Below, in pieces: positions 8,944 through 15,590 of a stretch of 20,000 nt of DNA (within the stretch, counting starts at the first letter, position 1; the number at the start of each line of letters is the position of its first letter). Location of the stretch: the IMG/VR virus record IMGVR_UViG_3300009183_000081. One strand, written 5' to 3'. Under the pieces are notes generated by a model that was given only the letters and a program-made list of their open reading frames with translations, did not search any database and was not told where the DNA came from. The position numbers and the translations under genes are program-made. This DNA is from an uncultured virus (IMG/VR IMGVR_UViG_3300009183_000081) (lineage: Duplodnaviria > Heunggongvirae > Uroviricota > Caudoviricetes).

Positions 8944-8952
8944 TTATTTATT
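8944..8952 (-). promoter_or_regulatory. T4-type late promoter box (AATAAATAA)
   Basis: About 20 nt upstream of the tail tube ATG, in an intergenic gap; matches the NATAAATA late consensus. Confidence 0.65.
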
Positions 8953-8967
8953 CGAGAGTTTCGCAGT

Positions 8968-9873
8968 TTATCGCGGACCGACCGGAGTTGGGTCAGCTTT
9001 TTTGTTAACCTCATTCTTAATTTCGGTGAATTCGCGCTCCTTTGCGCCGGAACCCTTTAAGCTTTTAAGTGCTTTAAACACCCAGTCTTCGTCTTCTGCA
9101 TCCTTTCCTTTTGGAACAACTGAATTTTCGCCAACGGTAAATGATAATTCAATCGAAGGCAATACTTCAGCTAAGAGATTCTTTTGAACTCCACCGCCTT
9201 CGCCTTCAACTGTAAAATCTGAATAACTGAATTCAATTGTGTCTCCCATAATACCGCCAAATTTAACTATTGCTTTAATTTTGCTAGAGTTGTCAAGATT
9301 TTCATCTCCGACCATCTTAGTTATATTATTGGTTGCACGATACTGAATAGTTACTCCGCTTCCGCCTTTTTCCTGAACATCAATGAATCTCATTCTATCA
9401 GCAATCACATGAACAGAATAACTTCCATTAAATGCAGGAGTCTTCTCTGGATCCTTAGGCTCATCTTTCTTTGGCTCGTCATTAGTTATCTCATCTTCAG
9501 GTTCTAGTGAATCCTGATCATCCTGAGTTTTATCTATGACAGCTGGCAGTCCAGGCTTTTGGAAAACTGCTGGTAAATTCTTATCATTACCGGCAGGCAA
9601 TGCTAGAGTTTCGTTTGTCTTCTTTGTTAGCTTAGAATCAATTACTGCATTAATCTCTTTAAGTAGATTAATTAACTTATCGGCGCTTGTGTACTTGTAA
9701 TAAGTTGCAAGAGCAGAAGCCTTTGTAAACAATAAGTCCGGATAAATGTCAGTAGTATGCAGTTCAATATCTTGAGCATTCTGATCCCAATGAGGCTGTC
9801 CGCCGTTTCCGGGATTGGTCCACTTAATATTAAAGCTTATGTATGACTCTGCAATTACGCCGTTTCCTATCAT
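8968..9873 (-). CDS. Hypothetical late protein, two domains joined by a charged Pro-rich linker
   Basis: 301-aa ORF in the structural block, 3 nt from the upstream gene. Confidence 0.7.
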   Translation of the reverse strand: MIGNGVIAESYISFNIKWTNPGNGGQPHWDQNAQDIELHTTDIYPDLLFTKASALATYYKYTSADKLINLLKEINAVIDSKLTKKTNETLALPAGNDKNLPAVFQKPGLPAVIDKTQDDQDSLEPEDEITNDEPKKDEPKDPEKTPAFNGSYSVHVIADRMRFIDVQEKGGSGVTIQYRATNNITKMVGDENLDNSSKIKAIVKFGGIMGDTIEFSYSDFTVEGEGGGVQKNLLAEVLPSIELSFTVGENSVVPKGKDAEDEDWVFKALKSLKGSGAKEREFTEIKNEVNKKADPTPVGPR

Positions 9874-9876
9874 TTA

Positions 9877-10380
9877 TTAGCCGATTTCTTTATCTCCGCG
9901 GAATTCTTTTCCACGATTTGCTTTTTTCTTATCTGGATCAACTGTTTTATAGTTAGCCCAAATTTCGTTGTAAATACGGCAAGATGCTCCCATGAAATTA
10001 ACGATACCTACATATTTCTTGCGATCATCACCTTTCATTTTTGAAATCTTCTTACCGATTGAACGAGCATCATCTAAATCAAGTTCTTCCTCGTCAGATT
10101 TTCCAACCAAGTCCTTAAGCGAATTTGCTTCGTACATATACGATTCAAACGTTGGATGCACGTGTGGTCCTCGTGGGCCCATTGGATCCAGGTCAATATC
10201 TTCTGATTCAATATCAGCAGATCCACCCATTCTTTTTATTTGAGCAAGGCCTTCTTCCTGAGAGTTTACTGGAATCAAAGTGTTTTGACCAACTACATAG
10301 TAGCCGTCTTCGCGCTCTTCAATTCTCAATGGTCCAGACAGATCGAATTCCATGCCATCACTAAATTTAAGTTTTGACAT
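9877..10380 (-). CDS. Hypothetical late protein, candidate internal head protein
   Basis: 167-aa ORF with acidic N-half, central PTFESYMYEA motif and basic C-half. Confidence 0.7.
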   Translation of the reverse strand: MSKLKFSDGMEFDLSGPLRIEEREDGYYVVGQNTLIPVNSQEEGLAQIKRMGGSADIESEDIDLDPMGPRGPHVHPTFESYMYEANSLKDLVGKSDEEELDLDDARSIGKKISKMKGDDRKKYVGIVNFMGASCRIYNEIWANYKTVDPDKKKANRGKEFRGDKEIG

Positions 10381-10391
10381 AGTTAACTGAT

Positions 10392-10751
10392 TTATTTAGG
10401 CATCTTTGCCATAGCTGGATCAACTTTCTTGTTGATAGCTTTACCTTTGATAACAAGCTTAGAGATCTTAGGATCAACTTCTTTCTTAGAAGCAGTTCCA
10501 CGACCCTTAGGCATATCGGCCATTTCAGGTTTCACCATTTTATTAGAAGCAGAACCACGACCCTTAGGCATATCAGCCATTTCAGGTTTTACAGTTTTAC
10601 TGATTGCTCTACCTTTTCCAACAGGAAGTGCAGACATCTCATCATCAACTTGTTTTGTAATTCTTTTGCCTTTAGCTGGAGCGCCTTTAGCAAGATCTTG
10701 ATTCGTTTTCTTTTCAAAAAGATACTCTTCGTAGCTTAAAACTGATTTCAT
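10392..10751 (-). CDS. Small Lys-rich repeat protein, candidate DNA-binding internal head protein
   Basis: 119 aa. N-terminal MKSVLSYEEYLFE is followed by about five 18-19-aa basic repeats. Confidence 0.75.
   Translation of the reverse strand: MKSVLSYEEYLFEKKTNQDLAKGAPAKGKRITKQVDDEMSALPVGKGRAISKTVKPEMADMPKGRGSASNKMVKPEMADMPKGRGTASKKEVDPKISKLVIKGKAINKKVDPAMAKMPK
10400..10680 (-). repeat. Coding tandem repeat, about 57-bp period
   Basis: cgacccttaggcatatc(g/a)gccatttcaggttt occurs at 10501 and 10558, 57 bp apart. The protein unit is roughly PKGRGxAxxKxVKPEMADM. Confidence 0.85.
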
Positions 10752-10798
10752 GTGAATTTTGTTTTTTTGTAATTTCTTTTTTGCTAATCCTAGCTAGG

Positions 10799-10807
10799 TT
10801 ATTTATT
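10799..10807 (-). promoter_or_regulatory. T4-type late promoter box (AATAAATAA)
   Basis: Located between the capsid terminator and the ATG at 10751. Confidence 0.65.
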
Positions 10808-10821
10808 AGTGAAAGTCGGCT

Positions 10822-10855
10822 AAAAAAGAAAAGGCTCCCTTTTGAGGAGCCTTTT
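10822..10855 (-). terminator. Intrinsic terminator after the major capsid gene
   Basis: On the - strand: AAAAGGCTCC-tcaaaag-GGAGCCTTTT followed by CTTTTTT. Confidence 0.9.
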
Positions 10856-10877
10856 ACTATGAATAATCTAGTTAAGA

Positions 10878-12557
10878 TTAAGCTGCGTATCCAGTTGAAG
10901 GAGCAACAGAACCAGTCAATACTCCTAGGCCAGTTACTTCCATAGTGATGTATTGTGTTTCTGGGTGCCATCCAGCTTCCGTGATAGCATAACGAGATTT
11001 CATACCAATTTTCGGAGAGAAAGTACCCTCTGCAATTGTTTGAAGACTCTCAGCCATGATATATGGAAGGAATTTAACACCTGGCTCTTCGTCAGCGCCT
11101 TTACGTCCGATGTGGATGCGGTTGTCGCTGAATTTCAAGTTAGGATCTACGTATACAGTTAAACCGTGTACTTTACCAGCTGGGTAAAGTTGACCAGGTC
11201 CTGAAGGAAGATCGTTATTGAATGGAGCAAAAGAGTAACCAGCAACGTCAGCAAGAGCTGAAGCTACACGGCCGTTAGTAACGATGTATGTACCAGCACC
11301 GAAACGACCTCTGTGATAAATCAAGTTAGCCATTTCAAGGATTTTAGTAACAACACGACGTTGTAGAGTTGAGATGTTTTCGAAACCTGAACCGATCGTA
11401 AGATCTAAGTTAACGATTCCAGCGCCTTCAACTGCTTCTAACGTAGTTTTATGAGTTTTACCTAAGTTAAATACTCTGTCAACTAATTTTTTGTTGATAC
11501 CTTGTGCAAGTTCATTAACTGCTACGTTCTCTAACATAGAGATTACGTCGAAATTCCAAACTCGGTTAAGATCTTGGATTTGCTCAACAGTTGCAGAGAT
11601 TGCTACTTGGTCTCCTTTTGCCTCAATGAATTTCGTAAACATACGAAGACCCATTTGACGGAATTTAGAAGCTTCAGCAACTTCACGAGTCATACCGTCG
11701 TAGTTAACTTGAGAACCAGTAGAACCTAAGAAAGGACCATCGAAATCAACGTCAGCTTCAGTTGTAGTTGAAGTGAAACCTGAAATGTGGTTTTCTAAAG
11801 CAGATACTAGAGCTGCAGTTTGAGTAGTCAAAGACTTAGTGTAAGCGTGAGAAGCACCATTAACTGTAATAGTTGTGAAAGTTTCACCGTTAGTTACGAA
11901 ATCATTGATTGTCTTAGTCTCATCGCCAGTTGTGTTAACTACTTTAAACATAGCTACTCCATCAATACGTGAGAATCCGATGAATGATAAGTTCAATACG
12001 TCTCCACCACCTAAATCGATCTTAGAAGTATCACCAGCTACGAAAGAAGCTAGAGTACCTGTAGAAAGAGTAGTAGTTTTAACGAAACCGTTGATTTTGA
12101 TTACGAAAGGCTCGTATTGTTTGTCAACGTTACCACCTTGGTATACGTAATCCAAATAAGGTAAGAAACCTACTGGAGAATCCATAGGAACTACACCAAC
12201 TAGATCGAAACCTACAGTTTTAGCAGCTACTTGAATAGCGATAGGTAACAAGCTTGGGAATTTATCACCAGAACCAGCTACGTTATAGCTATTTTTTGCA
12301 CCATTTGTGAATGGAGTCATTGAAGAAGTTGGAGCAGAGATTGCACCCATTGCAGATACTGAACCTGGTTGTTGTAAGAACAAACCTGGAGCAGTGCTCT
12401 CGTTTAATGAACCTGCGTTATCAAAGATTGCGTGGTTGTGAGCGTAATCTACCAACCAAGGGCGAGATTGTACGTTTGCACCATAACCTTCTAATACTGG
12501 GGTCCAAGTTTCCGTAACTGAAGCGTCATTCAGTCTTTTGAAAATTTTTGTTGCCAT
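10878..12557 (-). CDS. gp23: Major capsid protein, T4 gp23-like
   Basis: W.PVLE N-terminus, FDLVGVVPMDSPVG, TVEQIQDL, ELAQGIN, RGRFGAGTYIV, GLTVYVDP, FLPYI, TFSPKIGMKSRYA; follows the prohead protease/scaffold gene. Confidence 0.93.
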   Translation of the reverse strand: MATKIFKRLNDASVTETWTPVLEGYGANVQSRPWLVDYAHNHAIFDNAGSLNESTAPGLFLQQPGSVSAMGAISAPTSSMTPFTNGAKNSYNVAGSGDKFPSLLPIAIQVAAKTVGFDLVGVVPMDSPVGFLPYLDYVYQGGNVDKQYEPFVIKINGFVKTTTLSTGTLASFVAGDTSKIDLGGGDVLNLSFIGFSRIDGVAMFKVVNTTGDETKTINDFVTNGETFTTITVNGASHAYTKSLTTQTAALVSALENHISGFTSTTTEADVDFDGPFLGSTGSQVNYDGMTREVAEASKFRQMGLRMFTKFIEAKGDQVAISATVEQIQDLNRVWNFDVISMLENVAVNELAQGINKKLVDRVFNLGKTHKTTLEAVEGAGIVNLDLTIGSGFENISTLQRRVVTKILEMANLIYHRGRFGAGTYIVTNGRVASALADVAGYSFAPFNNDLPSGPGQLYPAGKVHGLTVYVDPNLKFSDNRIHIGRKGADEEPGVKFLPYIMAESLQTIAEGTFSPKIGMKSRYAITEAGWHPETQYITMEVTGLGVLTGSVAPSTGYAA

Positions 12558-12575
12558 TTTATTAAAAATGTTTTT

Positions 12576-13853
12576 TTAGTTTTGTGCTCTTCTTTTGAGA
12601 GCGTCTAGATAGCTATTTGAATAACCTCTTAGACTTTCGTTTACTTGTACTAACGATATGTAGCCCTCTTTACCTTGGCTTTCGTTAATTGTTTGATTAT
12701 TTATATTATTTGCTTGCGCAATTCTTTCATTTACTGTTCTAAGATCGCGAGAATCCCAGAATGCTTTAGCTTGATAAGGAGTGTTGATCACTTGAGTAGA
12801 AGCTTGAGCAGCCATCCAATTACGTTCAGCATCATTCATACTTTCAAATACTGTTTTGTATTTTTCTGGCATGAAACGAACGTAAGCTGGAGTGTTTTCC
12901 GTTTGTTTATTCATTACTGATTCCATGATATTGATAACTTCACCTTCAGTAAAGAAGATAGCGCCTCTCATAGTTTCAACGATTGCTGTTTTAGTATCAG
13001 CATCCAAAGCATAGAATTTTTGCTTGTTAGATTCACTAAGAAGTTTCAAGAAAGGATATTTGTTTTCAAGAACTGCATTCGCTGAATTAGATTTGATATG
13101 AGATAAGATACCGTCAACTGCGTTAGCTAATTCATCAACTCCTGAAGCATCTGTAACTTCGTAGCTTGCACTTTCGTTAAGTTTCTTAACGTCAGATAAC
13201 AATCTGCGAGCTTTGATATTTGTGTTTGGAGTAATCTTTTCATTCATTGTTTCAGCGATGTACTCAGAATAAGCAATTCCTTTCTGTACGTTTTCGCCAA
13301 GATACTCAGAATATTTGATTGCTGCATCTAGGTTTTCAGCTAAGTAGTTTGCAAATTTAATACCTTTTTCAGCATTCTCTGCAACGTATTCAGCGTATTG
13401 AATTCCTTTGTCAACGTTCTGAGCTAAGTAGTTTGAGTAAGCAATATTCTTCTCAACGTTTTCAGCAACATACTCGCCGTAATTGATAGATTGGTTAACT
13501 TTCTCTCCTAGATAATCAGAGTATTGAATGTTTTTCTCAACTTTTTCTGCTAAGTAATCACCGTAATCGATAACGTTGTTAACTTTTTCTGCAACATGCT
13601 CAGTATATCCAATACCTTTATTTAGCATGGTTGAAAGGTAGTTTGAATACTCAACCATTTTTTCCATTTCACTTGCTAAGTAATTTACATACTCAACTAG
13701 TTTTCCAGTTTCTGGTGATTCATTGCTATTTTCATTAAGAGAGCGAATTCCAGCGTTGTTTTTCGAAAGGTTTTCTTGAAGAGCATCGAATTTCTTCTTA
13801 ACCAATTGCGAATACTGGTTCATTTCTTCTCTTGATACAAAGTCATTAGCCAT
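12576..13853 (-). CDS. Putative nested in-frame scaffold protein (425 aa, starts MANDFVSREE)
   Basis: In-frame ATG at 13853 (Met236) preceded by the A-rich leader ACTAAACAACAAAATAATAATAAGCAA and an AATAAATAA box at 13891-13899. Confidence 0.55.
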   Translation of the reverse strand: MANDFVSREEMNQYSQLVKKKFDALQENLSKNNAGIRSLNENSNESPETGKLVEYVNYLASEMEKMVEYSNYLSTMLNKGIGYTEHVAEKVNNVIDYGDYLAEKVEKNIQYSDYLGEKVNQSINYGEYVAENVEKNIAYSNYLAQNVDKGIQYAEYVAENAEKGIKFANYLAENLDAAIKYSEYLGENVQKGIAYSEYIAETMNEKITPNTNIKARRLLSDVKKLNESASYEVTDASGVDELANAVDGILSHIKSNSANAVLENKYPFLKLLSESNKQKFYALDADTKTAIVETMRGAIFFTEGEVINIMESVMNKQTENTPAYVRFMPEKYKTVFESMNDAERNWMAAQASTQVINTPYQAKAFWDSRDLRTVNERIAQANNINNQTINESQGKEGYISLVQVNESLRGYSNSYLDALKRRAQN

Positions 13854-14558
13854 TTGCTTATTATTATTTTGTTGTTTAGTGATTTCAGAATTATTTATTC
13901 TATAGATCTTTACAGAATCTTCAAATGAGAAGCTTTCTGATATATCTGTTAACTTATTTGTGATGGAAGTTGTCTTAATGCCGTCCAAAGACTCAAAAAG
14001 TACAGAAAAATTGTCCCTTAAGCTCTCAGAAACCTGAGTTAGGGAAGCTTGTGAGAATCCTGGTTCAGCAACGATATCGTAAGTAAAGATTTTTTGAATC
14101 TTAACGACTCCGCTCTCGTTTACGTTACCTGCTGCTCTTGATGAAGTTGAGATTGTACAACCTGACTCAACTAGAGTCTTTGCAATACGACCACATGGAG
14201 TATCAAGAACTTTAAGTTTAATACGAACAGTATTTGAAGGTTCGTCATAAGTAAGAGCTTCAACCACGTGAGAAACGTTCTTTAGGGAAACGTCAAAACT
14301 TTGTGGATGGTCTAACTCTCCGAATAACTGACCCTTTTGGATCTTCTCATTTAGATATGAAAGATGAGGCAAGTACTCTTGCTTCTCATAGATACGATTG
14401 TTCTCGTTCTTTTGTCCAAAGACTGCACAAATACCCTCAAGGATAATTGAGCCATCGTTTGATTTTGAAACGTTCAACGCTTCGTTAACTCGCTCGATGA
14501 TGAATAATTGACTATCATCGAAGCCAGTCTTTAGTAAGTTTGTTTTAGCGCTAGTCAA
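12576..14558 (-). CDS. gp21: Prohead protease (T4 gp21-like) fused to a scaffold/core protein
   Basis: N-terminal ~180 aa contains NENNRIY, GELDHP (His), STSSRAAG (Ser) and TYDIVAEPGF (Asp). The C-terminal region is helical with 14-aa repeats and many x-x-ES sites. TTG start. Confidence 0.88.
   Translation of the reverse strand: MTSAKTNLLKTGFDDSQLFIIERVNEALNVSKSNDGSIILEGICAVFGQKNENNRIYEKQEYLPHLSYLNEKIQKGQLFGELDHPQSFDVSLKNVSHVVEALTYDEPSNTVRIKLKVLDTPCGRIAKTLVESGCTISTSSRAAGNVNESGVVKIQKIFTYDIVAEPGFSQASLTQVSESLRDNFSVLFESLDGIKTTSITNKLTDISESFSFEDSVKIYRINNSEITKQQNNNKQMANDFVSREEMNQYSQLVKKKFDALQENLSKNNAGIRSLNENSNESPETGKLVEYVNYLASEMEKMVEYSNYLSTMLNKGIGYTEHVAEKVNNVIDYGDYLAEKVEKNIQYSDYLGEKVNQSINYGEYVAENVEKNIAYSNYLAQNVDKGIQYAEYVAENAEKGIKFANYLAENLDAAIKYSEYLGENVQKGIAYSEYIAETMNEKITPNTNIKARRLLSDVKKLNESASYEVTDASGVDELANAVDGILSHIKSNSANAVLENKYPFLKLLSESNKQKFYALDADTKTAIVETMRGAIFFTEGEVINIMESVMNKQTENTPAYVRFMPEKYKTVFESMNDAERNWMAAQASTQVINTPYQAKAFWDSRDLRTVNERIAQANNINNQTINESQGKEGYISLVQVNESLRGYSNSYLDALKRRAQN
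12697..12705 (-). promoter_or_regulatory. T4 late promoter TATAAATA(A) for the major capsid gene, inside the scaffold CDS
   Basis: Exact TATAAATA about 140 nt upstream of the capsid ATG at 12557. Confidence 0.6.
13236..13691 (-). repeat. Eleven 14-aa (42-bp) coding repeats, consensus YSEYLAENVEKGIx
   Basis: Read directly from the translation, YVNYLASEMEKMVE through YSEYIAETMNEK. Confidence 0.92.
13891..13899 (-). promoter_or_regulatory. Intragenic late promoter box (AATAAATAA)
   Basis: Same 9-mer as the intergenic boxes at 8944 and 10799; about 38 nt upstream of the internal ATG at 13853. Confidence 0.55.
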
Positions 14559-14577
14559 CTTGTATAAGACTTTTTTG

Positions 14578-14586
14578 TTATTTATA
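14578..14586 (-). promoter_or_regulatory. T4 late promoter TATAAATA(A)
   Basis: Exact T4 gp55 consensus about 20 nt upstream of the protease start. A second box, GATAAATAA, overlaps the J-protein stop at 14625-14633. Confidence 0.75.
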
Positions 14587-14624
14587 TAGCGACCTATCGG
14601 TTAAAATAGACAGCTATACTAACA

Positions 14625-15503
14625 TTATTTATCAAAGCCTTTCAGTAATTCTTTAAGCGTAGTTAACTCTTCTTCAGATAATTTAGATAGATCAGGTTTA
14701 TTTACCTTGATCTCAAATATAAAAGAGCCGTTTGTCCCAGCTGGCGTAAATAATCCATGGTCAGGAATTCTAACTCTAATATCTGATAAACTATTTACAG
14801 TTAGTGATTTTATGCGATATTTTTTACCCAGGGGATTTTCCAAGATAATTTCGTCTGAAAATAAGACATCTCTGAGCTCAACATTAGTTGTCTGAACAAT
14901 ATCAAAGTCTTTAAGTTGCAGCCCCTGTAGATCTATAATTATTCTAACTATTAGATCCCCAGATACGCTATTTTGCCTAGCCTTTCCAAAAAAGTCAGAC
15001 CGTTCAAAGACCTGGCTAGAACCGGCTCCCTTAATTCTAAGAATAACTGCATCAACTGATCCGCCAATCTTTGTGATAGGGTATGCAGTCTTACTCAAGT
15101 TAACCTTTATCTTATAAGACTTATTATCAAATGATGATTTATCAAGGCCAGATTTTGAAATTTGATATTCTACTGTGAATTCAACGCCTGCCATTAGTTC
15201 GCTTAGCGAAAACTTACGGTCCCTTACGATATTTAGATGAGACGGATCAAATCCATTAAAAGAAAAGTCATGAAATGTTGTGAAATATTCGTTAACTGAT
15301 CCGCCATTTAACGTCCGATCATAGTCGGCTCTTTTATTTGAATCTCCGAGTGTTTCGTAAGCTTCAACTATTTTCTTAAAGTGCTCTTCTCCTTCCGGGT
15401 TTCGGTCGGGGTGATACTGTTTAGTAAGTTTGCGGTACGCCTTTTTAATTTCATCAGAATCAGCATTCTCTTGAATCTCAAGGACTTCATAATAATTTTT
15501 CAA
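14625..15503 (-). CDS. dnaJ: DnaJ/CbpA-like J-domain co-chaperone without zinc fingers
   Basis: NYYEVLEI...IKKAYRKL...YHPDRN...F..I.EAYETL.D..KR..YD, followed by DnaJ C-terminal features (LRIKGAG, GDLIVRI). No CxxCxGxG repeats. Confidence 0.9.
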   Translation of the reverse strand: MKNYYEVLEIQENADSDEIKKAYRKLTKQYHPDRNPEGEEHFKKIVEAYETLGDSNKRADYDRTLNGGSVNEYFTTFHDFSFNGFDPSHLNIVRDRKFSLSELMAGVEFTVEYQISKSGLDKSSFDNKSYKIKVNLSKTAYPITKIGGSVDAVILRIKGAGSSQVFERSDFFGKARQNSVSGDLIVRIIIDLQGLQLKDFDIVQTTNVELRDVLFSDEIILENPLGKKYRIKSLTVNSLSDIRVRIPDHGLFTPAGTNGSFIFEIKVNKPDLSKLSEEELTTLKELLKGFDK

Positions 15504-15536
15504 AATAGATAAATCTGAAATAGTATTTCTAGTATA

Positions 15537-15562
15537 ATACTATTAAGTAGATAATGGTTTAC
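15537..15562 (-). promoter_or_regulatory. Putative early/middle promoter GTAAAC-N14-TAGTAT
   Basis: In the divergent intergenic region, facing the J-domain gene; same motif and spacing as at 5895-5920. Confidence 0.45.
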
Positions 15563-15590
15563 CTTAACCTCTGCTAAAAAAATCCGCCAT

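Noticed and set aside
10490..10600. Direct repeats of about 32 bp at 57-bp spacing resembling a mini CRISPR array
   Set aside because: Only two close copies, period divisible by 3, inside a coding repeat protein, and no cas genes.
13236..13691. 42-bp periodicity as a DNA-level repeat element
   Set aside because: The periodicity is conserved at protein level with divergent codons, so it is a coding repeat.
15504..15590. tRNA, ncRNA or replication origin in intergenic gaps; short palindrome TAGTAT(A)ATACTA at 15530-15542
   Set aside because: The gaps are short with no cloverleaf. The palindrome is adequately explained by overlapping divergent -10-like elements.
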